This document shows, in pieces, positions 1-10,676 of a DNA stretch of 57,614 nt. The first letter of the stretch is position 1. The number at the start of each line of letters is the position of its first letter. The DNA is from a virus. Taxonomy: Duplodnaviria; Caudoviricetes. The position numbers were made by a program, and so were the translations under genes. The stretch spans positions 1-57,614 of the IMG/VR virus record IMGVR_UViG_3300028844_006223, one strand, 5' to 3'. A model generated the notes under the pieces. It was not told where the DNA came from and did no database searches. It saw only the letters and a list, made by a program, of their open reading frames with translations.

Positions 1-1224
1 ATGAAATCATTTAGTACATATTTAAAAGATACATTTATATTTTCAGAAGGGGGAAATTGCCCCGTGATCTCAAGGGAAACAGGTAAGGTCTTAGCCTCTG
101 CTGACCGAGTTGATATGAGCAAGGTCAATCGTGGTCAACTACAAAGTCATTTGATCAGTTTGTTCAAGGTTCTCAACACAAAGTTTCAAGCTAAGAACAA
201 AGAACCAATTTGGAAAAACTTTGAAGTTGTAACATCAGGACGGGCATTCAATGGTTCAAGTGAACATTTCATGGACAAAGAAATCAGTGATGAAGAATTT
301 CGAGAAGAAAAGAAAACAATGGGAGATGTTGATATCACCATTCCTCACAAATATCTCAAGCCATTGTTTGATTTGCTTGCTGACCATGAGAATCAAAGAC
401 TAACAAAAGATTTCATCTACCTTGGTCAGAACAAGAAAGAACAGCATGGTCATCAAATCAATGCCGTCTTTCAATTGCAAGAACCAAAAATCAACATGCA
501 GATTGATTTTGAAGGAACTGGATATACAGACAAGGATGAGCCTGATGAGTTTGCAAAGTTCTCACATAGTTCAAACTGGGAAGATGTTCGTGCGGGTATC
601 AAGGGCTTAGGACACAAGCATTTGCTTGTAAACATTGCTCGAGCACTGTCTGAGATCAAAAATGCAGTGGTGTTGACACCATCATCACCAGTTGAACCTC
701 CAGAAAAAATCAAGATTTCAAAGTCAGCCTCTGCACAAATGCCTACCAACCTAGCCTTTTCTGTTGATCGTGGTGTTCGTACAAAGTATGAGCCTGTCAA
801 AAATTCAAAAGGAGAGCTTGTTAAAGTTGATGGTAAGCAGGCTTTTCGTGAGCTTGCTACTTCCGATAGCAAATATGAAACAAACGTGCCAGCAATCTAT
901 ACAATGATATTTAATGAGAAGCCAGACAATGAGGACCTATCAAACTTTCGAAGCCTCTCTGGTATTTTAAGATTGTTCAAGAAACATAATGTTGAGAAAC
1001 GTTTGGTTGAAAATGTCTTTCGGTTCATGATTGATAAAAGTTTCTTTGGTAGAGGCTCGCAAGGTACAGATTCAAAGAGTGCAGAAAATGATTATGAAGT
1101 TAAGATGACGATTCTAAATAAAATGATTCAAGAATTTCCATATTTAAAATCAATTCTTGAAAGTAAAGAAAAACAAATTAAAGCATACGTTGATAATTAT
1201 AAAACAGTAGAGAAAAAAGACTAA
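1..1224 (+). CDS. Putative pol-beta-superfamily nucleotidyltransferase with capsid-targeting-like leader
   Basis: Motifs FNGSS...GDVDIT and a third Asp in MQIDF fit the hG[GS]...DxD...D signature, with a longer than usual spacer; N-terminus MKSFSTYL...FSE. Confidence 0.6.
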   Translation: MKSFSTYLKDTFIFSEGGNCPVISRETGKVLASADRVDMSKVNRGQLQSHLISLFKVLNTKFQAKNKEPIWKNFEVVTSGRAFNGSSEHFMDKEISDEEFREEKKTMGDVDITIPHKYLKPLFDLLADHENQRLTKDFIYLGQNKKEQHGHQINAVFQLQEPKINMQIDFEGTGYTDKDEPDEFAKFSHSSNWEDVRAGIKGLGHKHLLVNIARALSEIKNAVVLTPSSPVEPPEKIKISKSASAQMPTNLAFSVDRGVRTKYEPVKNSKGELVKVDGKQAFRELATSDSKYETNVPAIYTMIFNEKPDNEDLSNFRSLSGILRLFKKHNVEKRLVENVFRFMIDKSFFGRGSQGTDSKSAENDYEVKMTILNKMIQEFPYLKSILESKEKQIKAYVDNYKTVEKKD

Positions 1225-2801
1225 TGAAATCCTTCCGCAATTTTTTTATTCGCTCAGATTTTTTTGTTGAGGCTGCAAGTGATTCAATGCTTGACATTTC
1301 AATTCCAAATGCAGATAAAACTTTTAATGGCAAACTTCATTTATTTTTTGATACAGAATTTAAGATTGAAGAAAAAACAGACGGTGTAAAGCTTACATTG
1401 TTTCGTAATGATGAGGCATATAATCCAAAAGATTTTAGTGCAAATTGGATTGTAGCTTATAAAAACAATGTCTTACATCCAAATGAATTCAAAAAGACCA
1501 ACACCAAGAAAGTTGTCAAGTCAGGTATTGGTGTCACACAATACAAATTAGTGTTTGAACATCTCAAAGCAATTCATAAGAATCTTGAATCAGTACCAAA
1601 GAATACAGAATTCTTTATTGAATTTCTGATGACAAAACCAACCTTGACTAGATCATATGATCATAAGCATGGAATGATTTTGATTGGATATTCTCACAAT
1701 GTAACTGTAGAAACTCAGACAGAGTTTCGCCTCTACACAAAAGACGCAAAGTTAAATCAAAAGCAGAATGAACATTATGCTGAATTACTTGAACTTGATC
1801 TACCAGCACAATTGTTCAAAGGGAAAGTTGACACTTTTGAAAACTTGCTTCGAGGTGTAGAAAACTCAAATCTAAAATCTGCAGTCAACAAGCATAAGAC
1901 AGACCTCAAGGATTTATACAAGAGGTCTGATTGGGATGACCTATATCAGAAAATCAAAGAAATCTTTTTGTCAGTCACAAGTTTCTATGGCGGAACTACA
2001 GAAGGTGTAGTCTTGCATGATGTGAATTCAGGAAAGATTTACAAGTTTCTACAAGCAGATCAACATGATAAAGAAACAAGACAAAAAGTAAAAGACAAAT
2101 ATAAAATGTCAAAGGAAGAAGAGAACAAGTATTATGAGCAATTAAAAGAGATTGCAACTGACATTTTAAACGAGATTGATTTGGATAGACCATTTACACA
2201 AGTGATTGACGAAGTATCTGCTGCCGTGCAGAAGGTGAAGTTTCCTCAAAAACTTCATGCAAAGAAAAATGACCATCAAGTTCGTGAAGATTTGCATTTG
2301 ACAACCAAAATGAAATATGAAAAAATGCTGAAAGGTTGGGCAGGTGTTGTGGGTAAATTCCGAATCATCACGAAAGAACATGTGAAAATGATTGAATATG
2401 CTGTTGAAAAATATAAAGGTGCAACTGTCATGCTTGTTACTGGCGCCCGTGATAAGAAGCTTGCACAGGTGAATATGGAAATCCTAAAAGAAATTTTCAA
2501 TGGTAAACCTGTAGAAATAATCTCAGGATCAAATGGTAATATTATCTCTCTGGAAAGAAAGACAAGAAATCCAATTGTTACTTATGTGTGTGGTCCAGAT
2601 CGTGAAGAGGACTATAAAAAACAATTAGAGAATGCAAACAATGATTCTGTTGTCGATGTGTATGATAGTGGTAAGAGAGATTCAGTTTCTGCCTCATTAG
2701 CAGAAAAGATGGTACGAAGAGGTGATATGCAACAAGTCAAACGCATTGTACATCCTGTTGCATATGAACATATTGATAAGTGGAGAAATTTTTATCTTTG
2801 A
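1224..2801 (+). CDS. ATP-dependent (RNA) ligase-like nucleotidyltransferase domain fused to a C-terminal HUP/cytidylyltransferase-like domain
   Basis: Ligase motifs EEKTDG (I), FFIEF (III), EGVVL (IV), YKF (V); C-terminal GKFRIITKEH, VCGPDR and VSAS resemble the GRFxPxTxGH/GSDR/SAS motifs of phage cytidylyltransferase-like proteins; overlaps the ORF1 stop. Confidence 0.6.
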   Translation: MKSFRNFFIRSDFFVEAASDSMLDISIPNADKTFNGKLHLFFDTEFKIEEKTDGVKLTLFRNDEAYNPKDFSANWIVAYKNNVLHPNEFKKTNTKKVVKSGIGVTQYKLVFEHLKAIHKNLESVPKNTEFFIEFLMTKPTLTRSYDHKHGMILIGYSHNVTVETQTEFRLYTKDAKLNQKQNEHYAELLELDLPAQLFKGKVDTFENLLRGVENSNLKSAVNKHKTDLKDLYKRSDWDDLYQKIKEIFLSVTSFYGGTTEGVVLHDVNSGKIYKFLQADQHDKETRQKVKDKYKMSKEEENKYYEQLKEIATDILNEIDLDRPFTQVIDEVSAAVQKVKFPQKLHAKKNDHQVREDLHLTTKMKYEKMLKGWAGVVGKFRIITKEHVKMIEYAVEKYKGATVMLVTGARDKKLAQVNMEILKEIFNGKPVEIISGSNGNIISLERKTRNPIVTYVCGPDREEDYKKQLENANNDSVVDVYDSGKRDSVSASLAEKMVRRGDMQQVKRIVHPVAYEHIDKWRNFYL

Positions 2802-3136
2802 TTGAACAACTGTGAAAAGTTTTTAAATGCCATTGGTATTCGATATTGATGTCCATTATAAAAATTCAAAATAGTTTCAATTGTTTCTGTTTGTGCTGAA
2901 GAAGTTTTGTTTTCTTCAATGAATTGAATATTATATAAATTGATATAAGTTTTGTCTGTTCCAAATTCAAATGATTTGAAATGAATTTCAAGTTCTCCTA
3001 AATCAATGTCATTCTCATTATCAATATGATAAGTAGCAATTTGAGAAAAATAAGCTGTGACGCCATTTTCTGCTTCAACAATCACGTTTGCATTTGAAAA
3101 ATTAAAAAAATTATTTTCGGTTTCAATCAGGACCAT
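2792..3136 (-). CDS. Hypothetical protein (lone minus-strand gene)
   Basis: 114 aa ORF filling the gap between plus-strand genes; AAGGT upstream of the ATG. Confidence 0.6.
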   Translation of the reverse strand: MVLIETENNFFNFSNANVIVEAENGVTAYFSQIATYHIDNENDIDLGELEIHFKSFEFGTDKTYINLYNIQFIEENKTSSAQTETIETILNFYNGHQYRIPMAFKNFSQLFNQR

Positions 3137-3159
3137 AATTACCTTTTACTTTAAAGTTA

Positions 3160-3167
3160 TATAAATA
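3160..3167 (+). promoter_or_regulatory. T4-type late promoter
   Basis: Exact TATAAATA about 45 nt upstream of the tail fibre cluster. Confidence 0.75.
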
Positions 3168-3211
3168 CTGTTATGAAAATCTTATAAACTTATATTCTTA
3201 TATATGTAGCT

Positions 3212-4459
3212 ATGCCAATAAATTTAAATACAAATACAACCCCAGTCACCGCATATGATAAAGTAACGGAGTTTGCTGGAATACAACGACCAGCGACAAT
3301 GTTAACAGTTAAAAAGTCAATGGGAAATATTCGTTCTGGTGTAACAGCCGGTTCAATTCCAGAAAAAGCCGAACTTATTCTAATGACAGATGATGCTGGT
3401 GATATCAATGGTGAAATACGAATTGGTACAGGAAATCGTGGTGCTGTTTACTATACAACTGGAGTTGCTGATAACTCATTTCCAAGTGGTGAAGAAGAGT
3501 TTTATCCACTAACATCTTCTGGTGATCCAATTAATAACAACACCTTACCTTTGTATCAAGTTGGTGCGTTGATTTATTTTGCAGGACCAGAACCTCCTGT
3601 AGGATATTTATTTTGTAACGGTGGTGTTTATGAATCAGCACTATACCCAGAATTAGCAACTTTTCTTGGTAAAGAATTTGAAGTAAGTGCAACACAATTT
3701 CGTGTTCCTGATTACACAAACACAATGGGTCAAGAAGGTTCACGATATCAAGGTGGACTGTTTATTCGTTTATTAAATCAAGGTGGTCCTACTGTTGCTA
3801 ATAACAATCCAGATTATATTGATACTATTCTTGATGTTAATCAATATGGTGATTATCTACCTCACAGCGGAAATACATTTGTTGTAGACCGTCAATACGG
3901 ATCAATTCAACAAGAAAGTTATATTTCTCATAATCATAAACTACTTACAACAAATGTATCTGATACAGAAGAATCACATAGTCACAGATACTTTGGTGCG
4001 TATGGTGCAACCGATGGGTATTATCTAGGAAGAATTGATGGTGAACAAGCAATTAGTGGAGATGGATATAAAATTTCAGAAAGAGATCCAATTACTAGTT
4101 TTATAATCTATAGCGGTCTTGCAACAACAGATCAAGGTGGTGCGCCAGGAGCACAAGATTTTTTTGTTGGATCTTCAGAAGCATTTAAACCAAATCCTAC
4201 CTATGATACACAATCTTATAATTTTCCAGTTGATTTAGGACTTTTAGCTAGTAAGTATCCAATGGAAGGTGTAAGTCCCGGACAAGATATGCAAATTGGA
4301 GATCACTTGCATTCGGGATGGATTGGACACGGACCATCATTAACTGATAATACGCATAATACTATTCATTATACTACAACTACAACTGGAAATACTTGGA
4401 GTAATCAAGGCGAAACACAACCTAGAAATTATTCAGTTTTATTTTGTATTAAATATTAA
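3212..4459 (+). CDS. Tail fibre protein with tail-collar domain
   Basis: Collar motif VGALIYFAG.EPP.GYLFCNG...YPELA...FRVPD; HxH motifs; C-terminal ETQPRNYSVLFCIKY. Confidence 0.85.
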   Translation: MPINLNTNTTPVTAYDKVTEFAGIQRPATMLTVKKSMGNIRSGVTAGSIPEKAELILMTDDAGDINGEIRIGTGNRGAVYYTTGVADNSFPSGEEEFYPLTSSGDPINNNTLPLYQVGALIYFAGPEPPVGYLFCNGGVYESALYPELATFLGKEFEVSATQFRVPDYTNTMGQEGSRYQGGLFIRLLNQGGPTVANNNPDYIDTILDVNQYGDYLPHSGNTFVVDRQYGSIQQESYISHNHKLLTTNVSDTEESHSHRYFGAYGATDGYYLGRIDGEQAISGDGYKISERDPITSFIIYSGLATTDQGGAPGAQDFFVGSSEAFKPNPTYDTQSYNFPVDLGLLASKYPMEGVSPGQDMQIGDHLHSGWIGHGPSLTDNTHNTIHYTTTTTGNTWSNQGETQPRNYSVLFCIKY

Positions 4460-4470
4460 AGGACTTACCA

Positions 4471-5826
4471 ATGGCTGGTATACAAAAAATTAGTTCCGGT
4501 ATCATTCAAAAAGGTTTATCTGTTGACAATAGAGATAAAGTTAAAGCAGCAGGTGAAGTTTTTATTTCATTGAAAGAAACAAATCCACCTCAGTTTGATG
4601 GTGGTGGTAATCGTATCAATAAGGTTACTGGTGATATTCGTGTACATGATGGTAAGACTCCCGGTGGTATTTCAACACCTCCTCCAGGAACAGTAGCACA
4701 TATACTGACAGAAAAAGATCCTGATTTTCAAGATGAAACACATCCTGCGTCAGTAAAACCAAAATACGGATTTAAAACGCCTGACGGTTGGATGTATTGT
4801 GATGGTAGACTATTAGATAAAGACGATTTTGGTGCATTGTATGCCGCTATTGGAGATACTTGGAATGATCCAAATACAGTGATACCATCAACTCATTTTC
4901 AAATACCAGATTTTCGTGGATACTTTTTAAGATGTTATAAGAATCAACGTGTAAGTGGTGAGTTTGGAATCGGATCAAAAAGGATAGACACTATAACAAA
5001 ACATGGACATCATATTATTACAGGACTTGGTGGTGCACATACACACCAATATCGCAAATGGGATATTGATTTAAGTCTTGATCCACCACATTTGCCCGGT
5101 GGTTCAAAAGTTGATTCTGTTGATGGTTTGAATTACTCAGGTACATATGTTGTACAAAGACGTGGAAATCGTAACGAAGAGTATGAAGAACAAAAGGTTG
5201 AAGAACTTTGGAAGAAAAATATTATTGGTGGTTTACATGCATGGAACATGCACTATTTACCAGGTGAAGCAATGCCTCCAGTTTATGGTGCAAATCCTTT
5301 ATATAAAGCAGATTTTTTTACGGGTGAAATGAATTCTCCTGGAGTGAATGGAATTCAAGAGGGTAATATGTATGGATATGAACCTACATCCTCCATTTCA
5401 ACAACCGCTGCAACAGAAACATTTATTGGTGGTACTCATACTGAACCTGTATTAAAGTCTGGTGTACATCGTAAATGGGTTAAAGCTGATTATCCTAATT
5501 CAGGACAACCAATATTTGATTTTGAAGATCACTATGCAAGAACAGGTACTTCATCACTTGATCCAAAACCAGATTATGTTGTAGTTGGCGATAACACTTC
5601 TTTTCCTGTTGATGTACCTCAACAACATTTACATGAAGTTGCAACAGGATTTTCTATAGGAACTTATCCAGCAAATACAACTATTGAAATGACACCTTCA
5701 AATACATATGCACAAACTACAAAAACCTATCTTGATCCAGGATTTGTGCAGCCAACTCTTATTGGACCTGACGAAGAACAAGGATTTCCAACAAACATTA
5801 AATTACCAACATTCATTAAGTATTAA
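4471..5826 (+). CDS. Tail fibre protein with tail-collar domain
   Basis: IRVHDGKTPGG N-terminal motif; PDGWMYCDG...LYAAIG...FQIPDFRGYFLR; HxH motifs; ends PTNIKLPTFIKY. Confidence 0.85.
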   Translation: MAGIQKISSGIIQKGLSVDNRDKVKAAGEVFISLKETNPPQFDGGGNRINKVTGDIRVHDGKTPGGISTPPPGTVAHILTEKDPDFQDETHPASVKPKYGFKTPDGWMYCDGRLLDKDDFGALYAAIGDTWNDPNTVIPSTHFQIPDFRGYFLRCYKNQRVSGEFGIGSKRIDTITKHGHHIITGLGGAHTHQYRKWDIDLSLDPPHLPGGSKVDSVDGLNYSGTYVVQRRGNRNEEYEEQKVEELWKKNIIGGLHAWNMHYLPGEAMPPVYGANPLYKADFFTGEMNSPGVNGIQEGNMYGYEPTSSISTTAATETFIGGTHTEPVLKSGVHRKWVKADYPNSGQPIFDFEDHYARTGTSSLDPKPDYVVVGDNTSFPVDVPQQHLHEVATGFSIGTYPANTTIEMTPSNTYAQTTKTYLDPGFVQPTLIGPDEEQGFPTNIKLPTFIKY

Positions 5827-5831
5827 AGGTC

Positions 5832-8800
5832 ATGGCTAATATTAAAGATATCGCACCAGAGTATGAATATGGTTCAAATCGAACCACACAAACACAAATA
5901 CAAACTGATGCTGGAATTTCGGGGACACTTGGATTGCAAATGCTTCAAACAACTAGTGTTCGTGTAGCCAACGCAAGAACGTATCCATCTCGTTTGCCCT
6001 CTTCAGATCCATCAGCCTTTCGTGTAGGTCCTCAAGGTCAAATTACAATGTCGAGTGACCTATATCCGGCATCATTTTATGCACCAGCATATCCAGGTGC
6101 AGGACAAATTGAAATAGGTCCTATTGGTACATTTGAAACTGTAGAACTCAAGGGTAGAGGGACTGTAGATCCAGCAAACTTTTTTTATCTAACATCAGAT
6201 ACTAAAGTACAAGATCCTTTAAACGTAGAAGCTCCTGCAGGAATATCAACACCTCCGACTGGCACAATGGGATTTTTTCCTGTAAATAAAGTACCAATGG
6301 GTTGGATTACATTAGGTGGTTCTACAAGATATATCTATAAGAGAGCATATACTTATCGTTACATACCAACAAATACAATATTATCACCTTCTGATCCTTT
6401 AATTGGTTCTGATCCTGCTAACTGCATCCCAGCATTTGCAAATACAGAATATACAGCAATTTATAATATTCTAAAAAGTTGGGATCTAGTTGGTCTCGAA
6501 ACCGCAAGTATGTATGAATTAGTATTTGCAACAAAGAATCCTTTTTCTGGATACTTTGTAAGAACTGCTAATCCAACATTTGAAGGTATCGCACAGAATA
6601 CACATCCATTTGAAACTGAAGGACAGTATATGTCTAACCACTCTCATGATGGTTATACATATCCCAACTATGCTTCACCAATTAATACTTATCATGCTTC
6701 ATCAAAATTACCATTAGTAAACAATTATTTAATTGATGATTTAGCTGGATCAAAAGTACCAGACACAACCACGGTAAATTGGGGTAGTGTTTGGGCAGGT
6801 GGTGCAACAGCAAATAGTAGTTATTTTCATACCAATAAAGATTTAGGACATGATATTCGTCTGTTCTCTTATCGAAAAACAAATGGTACTGTATTAGTTT
6901 ATGATTCTGAAGAAGAGTTGAAACCAGCAGATATGAATCCAATCACATGGGTTGATGGTAGACAAAACGGATTACCAACCATATTAAATTGGAACGAAAA
7001 TATTGATCTAACAATTGATATTCATCAACAATTTTCGCAACTAACTAATACTTCATATCAACCTTTATATAATAAAGGAAATAATTATGCTAGCCAATTT
7101 GATTATATTGCTCTAGAATACTGTCATCCTACAATATTTGGAAAGTATGATTATTTCGGTAAACTTGAACCAGTTGCTAATGAACAAATTCAATATGAAT
7201 TATTTTTTGAAAAATATACCGCTGGTGGTGGACCATCTAATTTTACATTGAAATTTTGGAATTGGAAAGGTACTCGTTTACTAATTATTGACAATGGTGG
7301 TCCAGAAATTGAAAAAGCATTTAGAGGTATAGGTAATCAATGGGCACATGCTCCTACATGGAATAGTAGTATTAAGATATGTGATTTGAATATCTATGAC
7401 ATATATCGTTATGCAATGTTATTTGGTATTCAACCAAGTACATATGGTGCATATCTACCATCAAAATTGAAAATTTGGATTCGTCCAAATGTTAATGGTG
7501 TTCAATTCACAAATACACATGATTTATCTTTAGTGTATAAAGACTTAAATCATGTTACACATGATGCTGAATTAAAAGAAGATTATTTGAAAAAAGTCTT
7601 ATCCGCTGGAATTTACCATATTGCAAATAATACTCGAAGTAATGTTCCATCAATACCTTATGCAAATCGTAAATGGAATCCAATTACATCTCAATTTGAA
7701 CCAAGTCCATCAATTCATACAATTGAAGTCCGATCACTTGATAACAGTTTAAATTTAGATAAAGGACGAACATCTTATCATGTTGAAAGAGTAAACCGAT
7801 GGAATAATGCAGATACAGATTACTATAACCGAAGAGGTTTCTATGAGCCACACCTTGGTAATTTAGTTTATGCAAACTCAGATTTTGGTGTTGCAAATAC
7901 CAATCAAAGAATTGGTACAAGTTACATGTTCAACTACCGATATACTTTTGGTTCAGAATGGGGACAAGAAGGATACACTGTAACACCACCAAATGTTTTA
8001 CCTACATGGGCTCATGATGCAGGTTCTGTATTTGCTCAGAGTACATTGAAAGATGTTGCTCCATTTACAGTAATTGATCATGCTAACATTCAACATAGTG
8101 TAATCAATTATGATACACATGTTCATACAAGAATTAAAACATATCATCGTTCATTGGTAGACCGAAGACTTGACCGAAAACAAAGTTCACCTATTCTGGG
8201 TTGGCAAAGAAATCCTTCTGGATATGTGCGTACAATTGGGCCGGAAGGTCTTGCAATTTCTGGTCTTCCAAAAACAAGTACATCATCAACTGTACTAAGT
8301 CCAAAAAAATCAAGATGGGTAATCAAAAAAGATTTTAGCAAATCATTATCAGATGCCTCAGCATTTCCAAATGCTGCACAAGGTAATGATTCATCTGTAA
8401 CTGTTGGTAGCTCAGGTTCACCAAGTGAGACAAAGCCAACAGGATTTCCTTATGAAACTTGGGATAAGAATAGATTTAATAAATTAAATTCATTACCAAG
8501 TTTCAATCAATTATGGAATGCAAATCCTGACGGTACAATTACTGCAAACTATTCTACAGAAGCAGAAGACAATAATCCTATTGAAACAGGTGGAAGTAAC
8601 CCATCTTTTGATGATCCAACAAATACACCTGGTATTAGTTTTCAACAAGGTACAAAACCTTATCATGTTCCAAATTGGAGATTTCGAAGATTACGAGCAA
8701 GCTACAACGGTGGTGGTGATGATTCTATAGTTTCTCAACACAACTCTTCTAATTCTGATACGGGTGTATCACCATATGTTAATCCATCAGATCTTTCTGA

Positions 8801-10655
8801 ATATGATTATCTAGGTGGCGGTGCTGAGAATGAAGTTTCAAAATTTCTTGGAATAAAAGATAGTGCAAGAGCAACGGAAATTAGTGTCGAAGGTGAAGGT
8901 AATAATGTTCAATACAATAAAGTATGGATGCATGTAGGACTTCCAGCGTCATATAGGTTTGAAAATTCACTCACAAAACAAAATAGTTCCTATAGTAGAA
9001 AATTGATGCGTGGTTTGAAATCACACCGAACAAACGCACAAGACCGGCAATTTTGGGGTCATCACAGAGGTCACTTCTTCAGCCGATCAGAAAATGCATC
9101 CCATAATCATACTTTCGGCCAACATCAAGATAACCACCGTAATCACGGACATCAAGGATGGCAACATTATACTTCACAAACAGGACATTCTGATAATTGG
9201 TATTCAAATTATCCGGCATATTATCCTCACAATCTGTCAGACCAGCCCTCAGTATACCATAATAATGGAGGAAGAAGGTCAAGCATACAATCTGAATATG
9301 CTGGTCCGAATGTAGGAAGCAGTGATGGTGCAAATTATATATATCATGGGAATTCAGGTTATGGTGATAAACAAGTTAGAAAAGCCGAAAATAATTCTCT
9401 CAGTGGTGCTAGTAAAGGTTCTAATCGAGGAGGCCTTGGTGATATATACAGAAACAAAATATATACAGGTGGTGAGTATAATCATGTAAGTGTATCTGGA
9501 CCATATGGTGCATTGTCTCCCTTTAATACAGGAGATCGAGCTGTAGCTCCTGGTACTATAACTACTTCTGGTGATGGAGGTTCCAATGATGGCGCACATT
9601 TCGGTGTCCGTATTCCTTGGCATTATAAAATTAATCTACAGTTGGATGGTTCTTTATCTGGACAAAGTAATCATTCGACTGGAACACAAACAGATACTTT
9701 TTATAACAGACAAAATGAAAGAGCCGGAGAAAAAGTAGAAAGACAGCAAAGTTTTTATGGTAAAAGAATGATCGCAGGTTCAACATATGGTGATAATCCA
9801 TGGGTAGTTTTGAATCACGAACCATTTAGCGGTGCGCATGGAACGATGAGAGATTTATATCTCAATACTTCTGGAATTAGTGTTAGCGGCGCAAAAGTTG
9901 ATAAACTCTCTACATTTAATTTACCTAGAGAAGGTTCTAACGAAGAAATCGGAACAATGTATAGATATCTTGATCGATATAATCCTGAAGATCAAAGAAA
10001 CTTATATGCATTTTTATCAGATTATTATTCCGCATATGATATTGCAACAGAAGATTATGCAGTAAATAACTATACATATAAAAATCCTTACTTTGCAGAT
10101 GCTAGAAAACAAAAGCAATACCGAAATTATACCGGTTTCCGAACAAGGTCGGACCGATATTTGACTGTAAATACAAAACATCAATTAGATTTGGTTAAAG
10201 AAGACCAAATTTACGGTCATCATATATATAAGGACGAATCTAGTCATTTCTTTAGAAATTTTGGAACGAGGTACCATAGTCGCCATGATGGTGCTGATTA
10301 TGGACATAGATTTGTATCAATTTATAATCGTGGATCAAACCATCCCATGTACTCTGTTCAGACAGGTAAATATCGTCACTATCATCCAAAAGATGTGATG
10401 GATTTTTCACTAAAACAATCACTTCAGTCTAAACCCGAATTTTTTGCACCATGTCATATCACACGTTCTGATGAATTGACTGAAGATCCATATCGTTTAA
10501 CCTTCTTGAACACTGGTTCATCTGGACCACTTGCGCAAAGAACAACAACTGTAGGTGGACACGAACATGATTTGATTTATGCAAACACAACATTCCGAGG
10601 AGACACGGAATTTAGACCCATAAATATAGCATTAGTACCGTGTATCAAAGTTTAA
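5832..10655 (+). CDS. Large tail fibre / receptor-binding protein with collar-like domain
   Basis: GISTPPTGT shared with the preceding fibre; VPMGWI...GYFVR; NHSH and HEH motifs; ends EFRPINIALVPCIKV. Confidence 0.75.
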   Translation: MANIKDIAPEYEYGSNRTTQTQIQTDAGISGTLGLQMLQTTSVRVANARTYPSRLPSSDPSAFRVGPQGQITMSSDLYPASFYAPAYPGAGQIEIGPIGTFETVELKGRGTVDPANFFYLTSDTKVQDPLNVEAPAGISTPPTGTMGFFPVNKVPMGWITLGGSTRYIYKRAYTYRYIPTNTILSPSDPLIGSDPANCIPAFANTEYTAIYNILKSWDLVGLETASMYELVFATKNPFSGYFVRTANPTFEGIAQNTHPFETEGQYMSNHSHDGYTYPNYASPINTYHASSKLPLVNNYLIDDLAGSKVPDTTTVNWGSVWAGGATANSSYFHTNKDLGHDIRLFSYRKTNGTVLVYDSEEELKPADMNPITWVDGRQNGLPTILNWNENIDLTIDIHQQFSQLTNTSYQPLYNKGNNYASQFDYIALEYCHPTIFGKYDYFGKLEPVANEQIQYELFFEKYTAGGGPSNFTLKFWNWKGTRLLIIDNGGPEIEKAFRGIGNQWAHAPTWNSSIKICDLNIYDIYRYAMLFGIQPSTYGAYLPSKLKIWIRPNVNGVQFTNTHDLSLVYKDLNHVTHDAELKEDYLKKVLSAGIYHIANNTRSNVPSIPYANRKWNPITSQFEPSPSIHTIEVRSLDNSLNLDKGRTSYHVERVNRWNNADTDYYNRRGFYEPHLGNLVYANSDFGVANTNQRIGTSYMFNYRYTFGSEWGQEGYTVTPPNVLPTWAHDAGSVFAQSTLKDVAPFTVIDHANIQHSVINYDTHVHTRIKTYHRSLVDRRLDRKQSSPILGWQRNPSGYVRTIGPEGLAISGLPKTSTSSTVLSPKKSRWVIKKDFSKSLSDASAFPNAAQGNDSSVTVGSSGSPSETKPTGFPYETWDKNRFNKLNSLPSFNQLWNANPDGTITANYSTEAEDNNPIETGGSNPSFDDPTNTPGISFQQGTKPYHVPNWRFRRLRASYNGGGDDSIVSQHNSSNSDTGVSPYVNPSDLSEYDYLGGGAENEVSKFLGIKDSARATEISVEGEGNNVQYNKVWMHVGLPASYRFENSLTKQNSSYSRKLMRGLKSHRTNAQDRQFWGHHRGHFFSRSENASHNHTFGQHQDNHRNHGHQGWQHYTSQTGHSDNWYSNYPAYYPHNLSDQPSVYHNNGGRRSSIQSEYAGPNVGSSDGANYIYHGNSGYGDKQVRKAENNSLSGASKGSNRGGLGDIYRNKIYTGGEYNHVSVSGPYGALSPFNTGDRAVAPGTITTSGDGGSNDGAHFGVRIPWHYKINLQLDGSLSGQSNHSTGTQTDTFYNRQNERAGEKVERQQSFYGKRMIAGSTYGDNPWVVLNHEPFSGAHGTMRDLYLNTSGISVSGAKVDKLSTFNLPREGSNEEIGTMYRYLDRYNPEDQRNLYAFLSDYYSAYDIATEDYAVNNYTYKNPYFADARKQKQYRNYTGFRTRSDRYLTVNTKHQLDLVKEDQIYGHHIYKDESSHFFRNFGTRYHSRHDGADYGHRFVSIYNRGSNHPMYSVQTGKYRHYHPKDVMDFSLKQSLQSKPEFFAPCHITRSDELTEDPYRLTFLNTGSSGPLAQRTTTVGGHEHDLIYANTTFRGDTEFRPINIALVPCIKV

Positions 10656-10676
10656 TAATTAGAAGGAGAATATATT

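Noticed and set aside
3212-10655. Diversity-generating retroelement acting on the tail fibres
   Set aside because: No reverse transcriptase gene and no template/variable repeat pair visible in the window
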